Shown in pieces: positions 38,039 to 64,000 of a stretch of 64,000 bases of DNA (the first letter of the stretch is position 1; the number at the start of each line of letters is the position of its first letter). Below the pieces are notes generated by a model. It had not been told where the DNA came from and made no database searches. It saw nothing but the letters and a program-made list of their open reading frames with translations. A program made the position numbers and the translations under genes. This DNA is from Raillietiella orientalis (Eukaryota): the NCBI GenBank assembly GCA_036172245.1, contig JAYWIR010000015.1, positions 2,666,001 to 2,730,000 on the forward strand. The letters are read 5' to 3'.

Positions 38039-41000
38039 TACAGACTCAATGAAACAAACTAAGACTTGAATTCTGTTATGTTAATGATAAATTTTTATGA
38101 TGATTTTCTATCATTTTGTAAAGGTATTAGTATCTTCAGTGAAGGTTAGTAGAGATAGGCAAATCTAGGAGGCATGGCTGGATGAATTTCTGTCTCACAT
38201 CATTGTCAATTTTTTAGTACAACTGTGTCTGAGTAAGGAATTTCGTGTGACAAAATTCATGCCATGCCAGTGATTTGTGCTTGCACAAGCTGCAGTGCAT
38301 TGCACAACTTGTTTGATTTCTTTGTTGTTCAGATGCTTCAGGTGTAAACTCAGATTTCCAATGAACTTTTCAAATGAAAAGAAGGGGTATTTGTTTTCAG
38401 AAAGGTTTATGCCTTGAAAATTCCATACTGCATTAGGGAATATAATTCTAGAATGTATTAGGCATTATAGAGCCTTTTCAAATGTGGAAAGAAGTGGAGG
38501 TTGTTTTGATATTTTTAGCGAGGCTTTTTCTCTTTTTATTTTGGTGTATTAAAAAGAGTTGATGAATATGTGAATCAGAAGAGGCTAATGGATATACTTA
38601 TTTGAAGAAAAAAAAAATGTGATTATTTGAAGTTTTTATGCTTTACTAATTTCAATTTGAGTTGATGATTTCAATAGAAACTGCGCCCTGCACTTACCAT
38701 TACTAATTTATGCCTTCCCAAATAGTAGAGTTCATTTTATCATTTCTTTTCTCGTTTCACACTGATGGCATTGGACAAAACTTATAAACAAGGAAAGTAG
38801 GCCCCCAAATGCGCACACATTAAACATTACATGCAGAACATAAAAGGCAACCGTAAACCCTTTTCACATGGAAAAATAGAATTTAGGATATGTGGAGTAG
38901 CGAATTTCAATCAGATGCTTCAGGAAATTTTTTCATTTCTTCATCTGGGTAAGTTACTAGTAGTTTGAGGTGAGAATTGCAGACTGAGAATTGTAATCTC
39001 TAAACCCGAAAATCCATTTAGTGCCAAAGAAGTAAGAGTCGCAATGGCTGTTCAATGGCTTTTGCAACAGATATGTGTCAGTTTTTTTCAGTAAAAATGA
39101 AACAAGAAGTAAAAGAAACTGTTGAAATGAGACTGCTACCTCCACTTGGAGAGGTGTTCATGGATGCAGTCATAGTGAACGAACTATTTAATCATAAGAC
39201 TTCTTTACAAAAAAGTTTTTTGAACTCCAGTTGATGCATCAAGTATAAATGAAGACGTGTTCTAATTTTCTGTACAGAAATCTTGGTCATTTAAATTCCA
39301 TTATCCAGGAAAGACATGCTTCATCTGGAACCATGGTGCAAATTCTGCTGAAAATCACTCGTTCCGTTGCAGGTGCGCTTTAAATTATTGTGGATCTTAG
39401 AAAACAGTGAAGTTCGAAGTTCGAAGAATCACTCAAAATGATTGCGTAAGATGGATCAGCCGAGGTTATGTACTTTAACTTTTGTTGAGTGTTTGGATTA
39501 ATTCCGCAATCCCTATGGAATCGATGCACACATTGTTTGTTAAATCGTGTTGCGTGCAACGAGATAAATCGTAGAATTACGGTAGAAAAACGCTGGTGTT
39601 GTGTTTGATTAGTAGAAAATTTGCAGATGTGATGATCGGGAAGTAAAGGTCCCATCCCAAGAAAGTTTTCGGCATCTGAAGACCGAAAGGGAATTTGGTG
39701 CATGTGGCCACGGAAAGTTTCCTAGAGCTTCTTGAACCATCTTGAGCAATTGCGGCTTTACGAGGTTCATACTTTTTTGCACAACTCAGAAAATGTGAAG
39801 AAAAAAATCGGCCACATGTTCCGACAGCATGTCTTCCCTTAGTGTGGTTTTGAAAACATTTGATTCCAAAGATTCAGACGCTTTCAAAATCAAAACTTGC
39901 TATAATCCACCACAGCCTGTAAACGATGCCACTTCATGAGTGAGATCTTTGGGAACAGTTGGTGTGCACCAAAGTAAGAAAGAAGGGAAACGCTATCCTG
40001 GAGACGGACGCGTTTCCATAAAAAGGCATGCTGTCACGAAGCTTTGATGTAGAACTGATGTGATCGTTTTTCTGTGAGGTGACTTGCGTGACGGTGGTTA
40101 CAGATGCAGCTAGGGTTGAGGTGCTCCTTGTTGTGACCATAAGCAGCCGAACTGTGTCCCTGACCTTGAAAGAGTTTTTTCGGGCATTTATCAAGATAGC
40201 TCGTTAATTAATTGCCTGAAAGTTTACAGTCCAAACTGCTGGGTTTTGATTTGGGAAAAGGAACTGTGTGTAATTAGACTCAAGTTTTTGTGCCTCTTCA
40301 AATGGAATCATATTGAACTCGCAAAAAATTGTCGTCCGAATTTCACCTTTTAGGTGTTTACACAATCTATTTGCTTGTGTACCCAGGATTTTACAGCTGT
40401 GTTTATGGTCAGTCTGTTCCTGACAAATAAATAGTATTCAGACATAAATTGAAATTCTTTCAAGTTGCTATTAACTCGTTTCAAATTTCACTTGCAGATG
40501 TTTTGCTGTTCTCTTTCCTGACAGCCATAAATAGTACGTTTAGATACTTCATCACAGTACCATAATTACTTAATATGTTGCATTATCAGTAATGAGATAA
40601 AACATAAAGTAGCAGTCAAAAACATCAAATTCGATATACATATCCTTCTATTGGGGTTGCGTATCTGTTTTCAGTCTTTCCAGTTATAATTACTTACATA
40701 GCAAACATTCACAATAAGTGTCACTACCCATGTGATGATAACTTCAGAATTTGTTGAGATCTTAATGTTTTCGTCCTACAAAAGCACTCATTTCTTGCTT
40801 TTGTCTAATTTTGTGTCATCTTGATCATATTTATTCTCATTGGTTAACCCAATCTTCCATTTATAGAGGGTGAGGTCCATACCCGACACTGAAGAGTGAA
40901 TATGACCATTATACATAGGTTATACATAAATATCGATTTTGTGTTTTGCTAGTGAATATTTTAGAATACATTATCATTTGAAAAACCTATGATGTATGAT

Positions 41001-42709
41001 CGATAATTTTGGGTTTAACAAAAAATTCAAATTCTTCGGCAGTCGGGTGTGCTGTACATTATTTTATGATGGTGACATTGTGCGAAGATTGTGTTTTCGA
41101 GATTCTACAAAACACATTTTTCTTGCATAGAAGGCTACACTACTGTGTACTACATCCGAATGTTCCTAATATTGAAGTGGCGGCTTTTGGTCAGTTTTGT
41201 TTCATTCCAATTTCTGCTTTATCAGGTGCTCTTATAGAACTGGCAGAGTCAGGAAACATTTTATAGAAAACGTGATACGATCTCGATACTTATTAAGATT
41301 TGTTTGTGAAATGGAACCAAAAGCTCCAAGTAAACTTTTCCTGAATCGCGTTGGATGCAATAACTGAAAAAATAGCTGTAGCTATTGGATCCAAAACGGA
41401 ACGAGTGCTTTAAAAATCGAATAGGGCAGTAATGTTTTCATCTAGCAACTGAACAAATCTTCAAAATTCGCCATTTAATTCCTTGAAAAAACGAGAGTAT
41501 TTAATGGTTTTGATACATGAGAATGTAATTTTCAGGAACTGGACCTTTGTCCCACGGTAAATGTGTGATTTCTAGATAGAATGGAAATCGAAAGACTTCA
41601 TACGATCTTAGGATCTACGAATTAATATTTCGGTTCTGATTTTGCTTTCATGGTCTAAGTAACTAGCATCGTAAAAGCAAATCGTGGACGTAGATACCTT
41701 TTGAAACCTTTTCGAGGTCATTTTTTTTTTGTTCCATTCTCCAAAGTAAAAACAATACAATTTTCGGAATGCCGTTTTATTTAAATCACAAGAACGGGCA
41801 GCAGCTATTAAAAAGAGACTGTCATTTCTATTAGATTCTGGTTACGGTAATTTTTAGGCTGCCGAATCAACGATTTTTGCTAGGCATTAGTACCATATGC
41901 TTTTGTGCTTCGAGTGTTGCATGCCGTGTTCATTTCCGGTCTATGGAATATAAATTATCGAGTGGTACCTCGGGGCCGACGACACAAGTTAGCACTTACG
42001 TCAAGTGTGGCAGGATTCATGTAGCAGTGTGAACATAGTGGAGTGGTGCCTTTTTGCACATGCAGTGTTGGATCCTGCTATTCGCTCCACTGGTTTAATC
42101 ATTCAATCTGTGACTCTCCTGTATTGTACACGTGAATTAGTTGTTAACATGTGATGAAGGAAGGAAATATAAATTTGGGTGTATTTGTAGAAATTGGTAA
42201 AGCGTAATGATAATAATAGAGTACTTATGTTAATGTATTTGAAAAGTTCCTGGTATCAATATATTTTATAAGGATTCCATGATAAAAGTGTAATAAATGT
42301 TATAAATGATAATCTAAACAAGTACTGCATATAATGTTTCCTTACTTAAAAGGAGACTGCTTTTAGTATTTCATGATAAACCATTTGTGTATCTTATGTT
42401 CATTAAAAGTTGCGATCTGTAGCTTTTAAAGTTGTGTTCTGAATGATTTGTTAATTATGTATGAAATAAGTACAAATCCACGATCCAATTGAAAAACTAC
42501 CAGCAAGAACAGTTTGATTTCAATAAATTCACATTTTAAAAAACATTCATATGAAATTTGTTTTTTCAGTGTTAATCACTAAAACATTAGTTTTATTTTT
42601 ATAAAAGAATTGAAAACCTTATTTGTAAGCAACTTTGTGTAATTTAGCGTTACATATTCAATGTTTGCAAAAAGAACCTGTAACGTATTAAATAAAGTCT
42701 AAAACAAAA

Positions 42710-57502
<14,793 letters not shown>

Positions 57503-57598
57503 GTGGAGCGTCAGGGAGTGATGCGTGGAGGGTTCACTGGCTGATGCAGGCGAGCGCGGAACCGTCGTTAAGCAGACGGACCGCGGTTCAGGAAGGAC

Positions 57599-57604
57599 AA
57601 TAAA
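57599..57604 (+). terminator. Probable polyadenylation signal of GMDS
   Basis: AATAAA about 97 nt after the stop codon, running into a genomic A tract. Confidence 0.5.
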
Positions 57605-57631
57605 AAAAAAAAAAAAGAAGAAGAAACAAGC

Positions 57632-57650
57632 AGAGAGAGAGAGAGAGAGA
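57632..57650 (+). repeat. (AG)n microsatellite
   Basis: AGAGAG... run downstream of GMDS. Confidence 0.9.
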
Positions 57651-60600
57651 AAAGGAGAAACACAATGAATCCTATCATCCCCTCCCAGGCACGGAGTACC
57701 CCTATCCTCCTACTTTATCCGCTCTAGTCCCCTGCTACCGCTTCGCCGCCTCTCCGGTCTCCCGGGCAACAAGAGGCGAGATGAACGACGCGTCGCCGAT
57801 CGCTTCTCGCTCTTGCCCCCTCTTCGAACCGCGGCGTTTGAAAGTGGGGTGGTGACTACAGCTCTGGCGCTTCTCCCTTCTCACTGGGGCACTTGGTTTG
57901 GGTGTGGCGAAGAAAGGGGTCGACGAGACGCGAGAGGACGAGGAGAAGAAGGGAGGACGAGAAAGAGAAGATCGGGGGCCTTCTGCCTTCCTGAGTGTCA
58001 CAGAGGGAAAGGGGAAAGGGAGCTCTCCCATCCAGACGCGGGCCTCCCTCCCCTGCTTTCTGCCGACTCGCGTAGGGACCACGGCCCGCTAGGAGGAGGA
58101 GCTGGCGTTCACCGAGGGTTCCCGCGAGGAGGGCGCAGAGAAGACCTCTCGGGGTGTCTGCCGCCGCCCGCGGGCTGCTTCCAGGAGCGAGCCTCTCGTC
58201 CCGCCTGGCTCTCGTCGGGAGATTGTGCAGCCAAGCGGGCTTGCCTAACCTCTCTGAGGGAAGGTCGCCGCAGCTGCCACCTTACCTTCGCAGCTGACAG
58301 AGAAGGAGGTGGAGGTGGAGGGAGAGGGGAGTGGATGGTGGGACAACCTCCGCACCTTGTCTCCCGGCAGACCCCCCTACCCCTCGAAGGCTACACTCTC
58401 CGTGCACCTCGCCGCCTTTCCCTTCCTGCCCGTCTTCGCGGGGGTTCCCTCCTCTCCCTCTTTCCGAAGCATCCTCACGATTCCTCCGGGGAGCTCTGAA
58501 GGCAGGGAGTGGCGAGGGGGGGAGGGAAGGGGGGGAGGGTTCGAAACGATGATGGCGACGATGACAGAGTCTTTATTCTGCGGGACTCGTCCGCCCCTGC
58601 TGCCGCCAACGCGAGAGTAGCAGGTGGTGGGACGCTTTCTTCCCACCTTCGGTGGTCCCTGCATCCTCCTCCCTGTCTCCTCATCGTCTCCGCTCTGCTC
58701 CTCCTCCTCCCTTCCCCCTTTACTCCTTCAAGCGCGTGCCCGTTCCTACCGTTCTTCCTCCCTTTTCCTCCCTTGCTCCGTTCCTCCTCTTCTCCCCATC
58801 CCTCTTCCAAATCCTCCCTGGATATTTTTAGCTTTCTCTCCGCATTTCTCTCCACATAATTGGATCCCTCTGGCTGCTGAAGAGGTTCCGGGAGAGGCCG
58901 GCGACGCCATTGGACGGGCGCCGCCGACGCGAGCGCTCTGCGGAGGCAGCGGGGCGCTTCCCTCTTTCCTCCCCCTCCTCCTCCTGCTCCTCCCTCAGCT
59001 GCCGCCGTCGTTGCCGCCGCCATCCTCCGGGGAGACGGAAGGGGGAGCCGCTCGCCCGCTCGCGGACGCGTCATTCGGCTGCGGCGCCGCCGGCGCATGA
59101 AAAGGTCTCCCTCGCTACGTTTCCACGTTCTCCTTCCCCCTTTTCCCCTTTTCGTCCTCCAGCTCCCTCAGGCCCGCACTTGACGCCTCTCGGGGCGATA
59201 GAGAACCTGCCACTTTTCCCGGGATCTCCAACGCACGAGCGCGCGTTCCCCAGCTGCCGCTTCGCAGCCCGGGGAGCTTCCCACCCATCCTCATCCCCAC
59301 TCGAGAGACGCGAGAGGCAGGTGGGCGGGTTTCAAGTGCGTGGGGGTGGGGGGCAATTGGTAAAGAAAGGAGAAACGCCGACCTTTCTTGCTTGCCACCC
59401 CTCTTCGAGGGGTGGCGAGTGGGAAGTGAAGGGGATAGAGGTGGGGGTGAGCGCTGCTGCCCACTCTTCCTGCGCGTGCCGGACTCTGCGTCACAGGATA
59501 AGCTCCTTCTTCAGCCTCCCTTGCGCTGGGGGGTAATTTCGCAGCCAGGCCCTCTGCTGCTTCGTTCAGTGACGTCAGCGCTCTCTGCAGAGCCGCTGCT
59601 GTCGAGGAGGGACCGAAGGGCTTTTTTTTTGCTTTGATACTTCCGGGGATGATGTTGTTGCTCCTCCAGCGTCCCCCCCTTCAATTTTTCCCTTCCTTTC
59701 TCCCAGCCGCAGGCTGCGAGGATCAGCGGGAAAGTGAGGGAGGCAGGGGTAAGTGTGAAGGTAGGGTAGGGAAAGAGGGACGAGGGTACGAAGGGCTGGC
59801 AGAAGGAACGTTGGGCAGGAGGGAAGACCCACGTTGTTTCCCGGGACTCTCGGTCGCTGCAGTGCTGCTGGAGGTGGCTAGAGGGCGCGTCAGCTTCTTT
59901 CCGTGGACGGCCATCCGCTCCTCCGATGTCTACCGTCGCGACATCGCGAGGGCGGGGAAGGCAGTGGACTTCCGGCGGCGTCGGGACCCTTTGCGCCGCT
60001 CCCCTTCCATCCGGAAGAAGAGAGCTCCTCCTACCGGCCCACTCCTAAAGTGCCTTCCGCTACGGCCTGCGGCAGCGGGGGCGCTGACGTATCCACGGCG
60101 TCTCCCTTCCCTCTTCCATGCCGGTGTACCCTTCGGCTGGGACGCTCTACTGGGGGAAGCAGCAGGAAAGGCATCAGCAGAGGGAGTGCAGCGGATAATT
60201 CCGTCACCGGGAATCCGAACTCCTCTTCCTCGTCGTCTCCCTTTCCAGCCGGAAGAATACGGAGAATGGAGGAGAGGGGGAGCCTCGGAACGTCCTTAGG
60301 GAGGGAGAGAAGAGATAGCGACATCCTCCCCTTCATCATCATCCCACCCGCTTCGCCCCATCTTCATCCCGCCTCTTATGGAGGCGAGCGTTCTTGCTCG
60401 TTTTCTTAACAGGGAAGGAGAGACGAGAGTAGGCAGGAGAGGTGGCCCAGGGTGAGAGCCGGATTTCCATTTTCTTCCCCCCCCCCCCCCTTACACCCTT
60501 CTTATTGCCTTTTCCTCTTCCTCTTCTTGCTCTGTCCAGCCTCGCTGCTTCCGACCACAGCCGTCCCTTCCCATCCCCCCGTGTTTCCCCTGCAGGGAGA

Positions 60601-63600
60601 GACCGACGACTCGCTCTCACTCGCTGCCTCCCCTTCCCCGCTCTCTTCCGCCCCTTCCTCGTTCCTGCCTTCCCCTCCGCCCGCGCGCATAGGCTGCGTG
60701 GGGACTACCCGGCTTCAGATGAACGCCTCTTATCCACTCCTATCCGGCTCCTCCTCTCTCCCTTTGGTTCAGGGAGCGCCTTAGAGAGACCCGCTCTCTC
60801 AAGGAGAAAGCGCGGGGAGAAAAAGGAGGCTGTGGAGGAAGCAGTAAGGGAGTCTTCCCCCTTCTTCTCCTCCCCCAACCCATCCCGCTAGGCAGGGAGG
60901 GCTCCTCCAGTCGCTCCTGAGGAGATCACGGGTGCGCGTGCTCAAAGGAGGAGTCGAAAGGGGAGGGGAGTGTACCGGTCGCGGGGGCGGGGTAGGGGTG
61001 GGAGGCAAGCAGCACGCACATGGGGAGAGGGAAAGAGGCGGAGCGCCGACTCCTTCTTTTCATGGGTCCTTGTTCTCCCGTGGGGAGGAGGAGGAGGAGG
61101 TGGTTGGAGAAGCTATCGGTGGACGGGAATAGCAAGGAAAGAAAGGGATTGGGAAGGTGGAAATGAGCGGAAGAGGGACGGAGAAGAAAGAGCGAGGGTG
61201 GGGGCAACGGCGTAATCTCTAGTTTTTCCCGCAGTGATCTCTCCTCGGAGAAAGTCCGGAGTGGGCGGTAAGGGGAACACGAGCGTCCATTCCCTTCGTG
61301 CCTCGCGTTCCCATCCGTTCCTGCACTCCTTCCTTTAGTAAGTGGGACCCTGCTGCTACTGCCGCGAGTCCGTTGGAAGGACTTCTTCCCTTCCGCTTCC
61401 CCTCCTCCAGCTACTTCCCGTAGTTCCGGATATGTTGGAGCGCGGAGGTGCCCCTGACTGTCCCGGATCCTCTCCTCTGGAAGCTGCTACCTCAGGGCAA
61501 AGCGGGAGGAGGAGGGTCCCGCGGGTTTCCATTGACGGTCCGGGGGAGAGGAAGATCTCCTCTTCCTCCCTCCCGTTGTAGCTCCGGGGGTCTCTTCGGA
61601 CGAGTCTTCCTCTAGGGGAGAAGTTCTCTTTCGGGGAGAGGGAAGGGGGAGGAATGGACCGGCGAGGGGCCCGGAAGAGAGGGCTAACGCTCCCTACATT
61701 CGCTTGCCGTGGTGCCCACCGCTGCTCTCGTCCTGCTTCGCGAAGGACCGCTTCTCCTCCTCCTGCATGCGCCACAATAGGAGTCGTTCCCGAGAGATTC
61801 CAGGAAGCTGTCGGGCGGACCCATCGCCAGGTAGATGGCAACATCCTTCGCCGAAACGTCGAGTGTGAAATGGGAGAAAAGGGGAAGGGTAGATGCTGTG
61901 GCGAAGACCCCCAGGGCTCGATGGGAAAGGCGGCGGACCATCGCCGCCGCCGTAACCACGGGAAACGTTTCTCTCCGCCGGCTAAAGAGGCGATCGTCAT
62001 CTCTTGCTGTGGGTTCTCCGAGACAAGTCGGTTCCCCCCCCTCTCCCTTGGAGCTTCTGCTCCTCGACCCCTCATTTTTCCTCGGAGAGTCTGAAAGTCA
62101 GCAGAGCTAGGGCGTTGCGACGAGTCGGTCTGGGGGGAGGGATCCTCCTCATGTGCTATCTGATCTCCAGGGACTTCCATTCTAGGACCATCCCTCGGCT
62201 TGAGGCTTCGCAGGGATGGAATTCGTCGTGGGTCATCGGACGCTTCAGGGAATTTCGCTTTCGTCCCTTTGCGATCTCTGGAAATCTCCCCCGGTGGATC
62301 CTTCCGAGGATCTTCTCTGTCTTCCCATCTTTGCCTCTCTCCCTTTCCCGCTCCCTTCCCTCCTTCCATTCCTTCCGGAAGCCGTGAGCGGAGAACCCAA
62401 CTGCCCGTCGGCTCTCCCTTGGGACGTCTGGAGGCGCACCCTTGCACCGTCCTTACCCGCGAGAGGGGATTCTGCGTTCCGGGAGAGGACGGGAATAGCA
62501 CGCTTCGCCTTGAACGAAGGAGAGGGAGAGAAGGAACATCCCTGTCCAACACCGAAGGTGGTCTGCCATTCCTGCCGTCTCCCGGCTTCCTTTCCTTATC
62601 ACTCCATTAAACAGGACAAACGGGAGCTCTTCCCTCCCGGAGGAGGAGCCGCTTCTTGCCCATCCGGGAGTTCCGTCGAGGGCGGTATTCCAGGGAAAGG
62701 GTGTTTGGGGAGGGGAGAGGTTCGGTGAACCCGGAGATCCCCTGTCGGCGGACCGGAGTCGTCCCTTTTCCGCCATTCATCCCGGATCTTGAGAAAAAGG
62801 AAGAGGGGTAGATGGAAGGAAGGCAAAAAGAAAAAAAAAATTCCCGAACCTCACCCCCATTCCCGTCCAGAAGCCGAATCGGGAATGGGGGTGGGATCTT
62901 CAGGTGGTGAGCAATGTGCCGCTCCCTAACCGATTCCTGTTGCGCCTGCTTTCCCGGAAAGGAGGAGCTCTCTCCAGCTGACATGACCAAGGAAATCGCG
63001 GGAGCGGCGAAGGCGGACTGGTAAAAGAGCCAGTAGTGTTTGCCCTTTCCTCCCCTTTTTATCCCAGGAGACCGGAGCGGAGGGGAGGGAAAGAGGAGGA
63101 GGAGCGGAAATCATCTGCGTTGGCGCCTTCTTACCTCCCGCTGCCCCCCTCCTATCCCCAGCACTTCCCTCGGACGCAGGAGAGATGGGAGGAAGGGAGA
63201 GCCTCTGCTTTTCCGCCCGTCCCGTCCCAGCCCTACCGCTTTCCTGGTCTTCCGAGCAGACTCCACTACGGGGCCTTCTGTGCTCTCCTTTCGATGGGGA
63301 AGAGACCCCTCGACCCCAATCTCTGAGCAGAAAAGGGAAGGGGGAAGAAAGCAGGGGAGGATGGGGAGACGCTGGGGATGCCTCCTCCCTTCCTGCCGAG
63401 CGTCATTTTCTCTCCCTTTGCATCTCCTGGCAGGAAGAGGGGAGTGAGAATAGGTTCGACGTGGGAAGAGGAACTGGACATCGTCCACTCCTCCTGAAGG
63501 AGGGGAAGGGGGTTCATCGTCATTATCATCACTCCGATTATTCCCAGTGCCTTCCCAGATCATCTCTTGGGTACATCCGGGGAAGTCAGGGAGGAGGGGG

Positions 63601-64000
63601 AGCAGGAAGAGATCCCTTTCCATGAGGTCAGCTGGTCGACGGGATGCGTCCAGGGGATCCTCGGTGGCGGCTGCGTAGGGCCCTTCCGGGTGGAGTAGGA
63701 GATGTCACAGGTGCTCCTCACCTCTCGTCCCTTTCCTGCCTCTTCGTCTGGACCCTTCCTTCCGCCGCAAGCTAGCAGGGATGAAAGGAAAGAAATCTCC
63801 GGGCTGCGAAGCGAGTCCTCGGGGACAGTTCGGGGGGGTTGGGGGTTGGGTGGTTCCTGCCCCCGAAGGACAGAGCAGGCGGAAGAAGGACTGAAGTCGG
63901 GACGGGGGGCGAGGATGCGCTTCTTTCTTTCCCCTTCCTCCTCCTCTCCCTCCCCTGTCCCTCCCTTCCCTTCTCCCCATCACTGCGTGGCAGGCGGGGA

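Noticed and set aside
39629..39679. GTGATGA...CTGA, C/D-box-like
   Set aside because: Only about 50 nt long, not in a recognised intron, and no rRNA guide seen.
62870..63025. Two small phase-compatible exon-like segments (EAESGMGVGSSG/ADMTKEIAGAAKAD)
   Set aside because: No homology recognised and no further exons could be linked.

Overview
Eukaryotic (animal) genomic DNA, probably an arthropod and likely a pancrustacean, judging from the RPL35, PNUTS and PHACTR wording. Most introns are very short (about 40-60 nt). I assembled five spliced genes by hand: PHACTR (+, 5'-incomplete), PPP1R10/PNUTS (-), RPL35 (+), PSMC3/Rpt5 (+) and GMDS (+, with one probable GC-AG intron). A 5'-truncated, decayed L1/Tx1-type LINE with a 10-bp target-site duplication lies at 32.5-34.1 kb. 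Base composition is strongly mosaic: an AT-rich, partly CpG-poor block at about 17-44 kb and a GC-rich block full of purine/pyrimidine tracts at about 46-64 kb. Most ORFs in the supplied track are spurious. The most interesting signals are RNA-level. PNUTS intron 4 has a perfect 17-bp inverted repeat that loops out an in-frame alternative last exon and an AATAAA, which could be an autoregulatory short-isoform switch. PNUTS intron 5 is GC-rich and highly structured. RPL35 intron 1 has an element complementary to its own start codon and 5' splice site. Several GMDS introns fold into hairpins. All regulatory interpretations are hypotheses read from sequence by eye.
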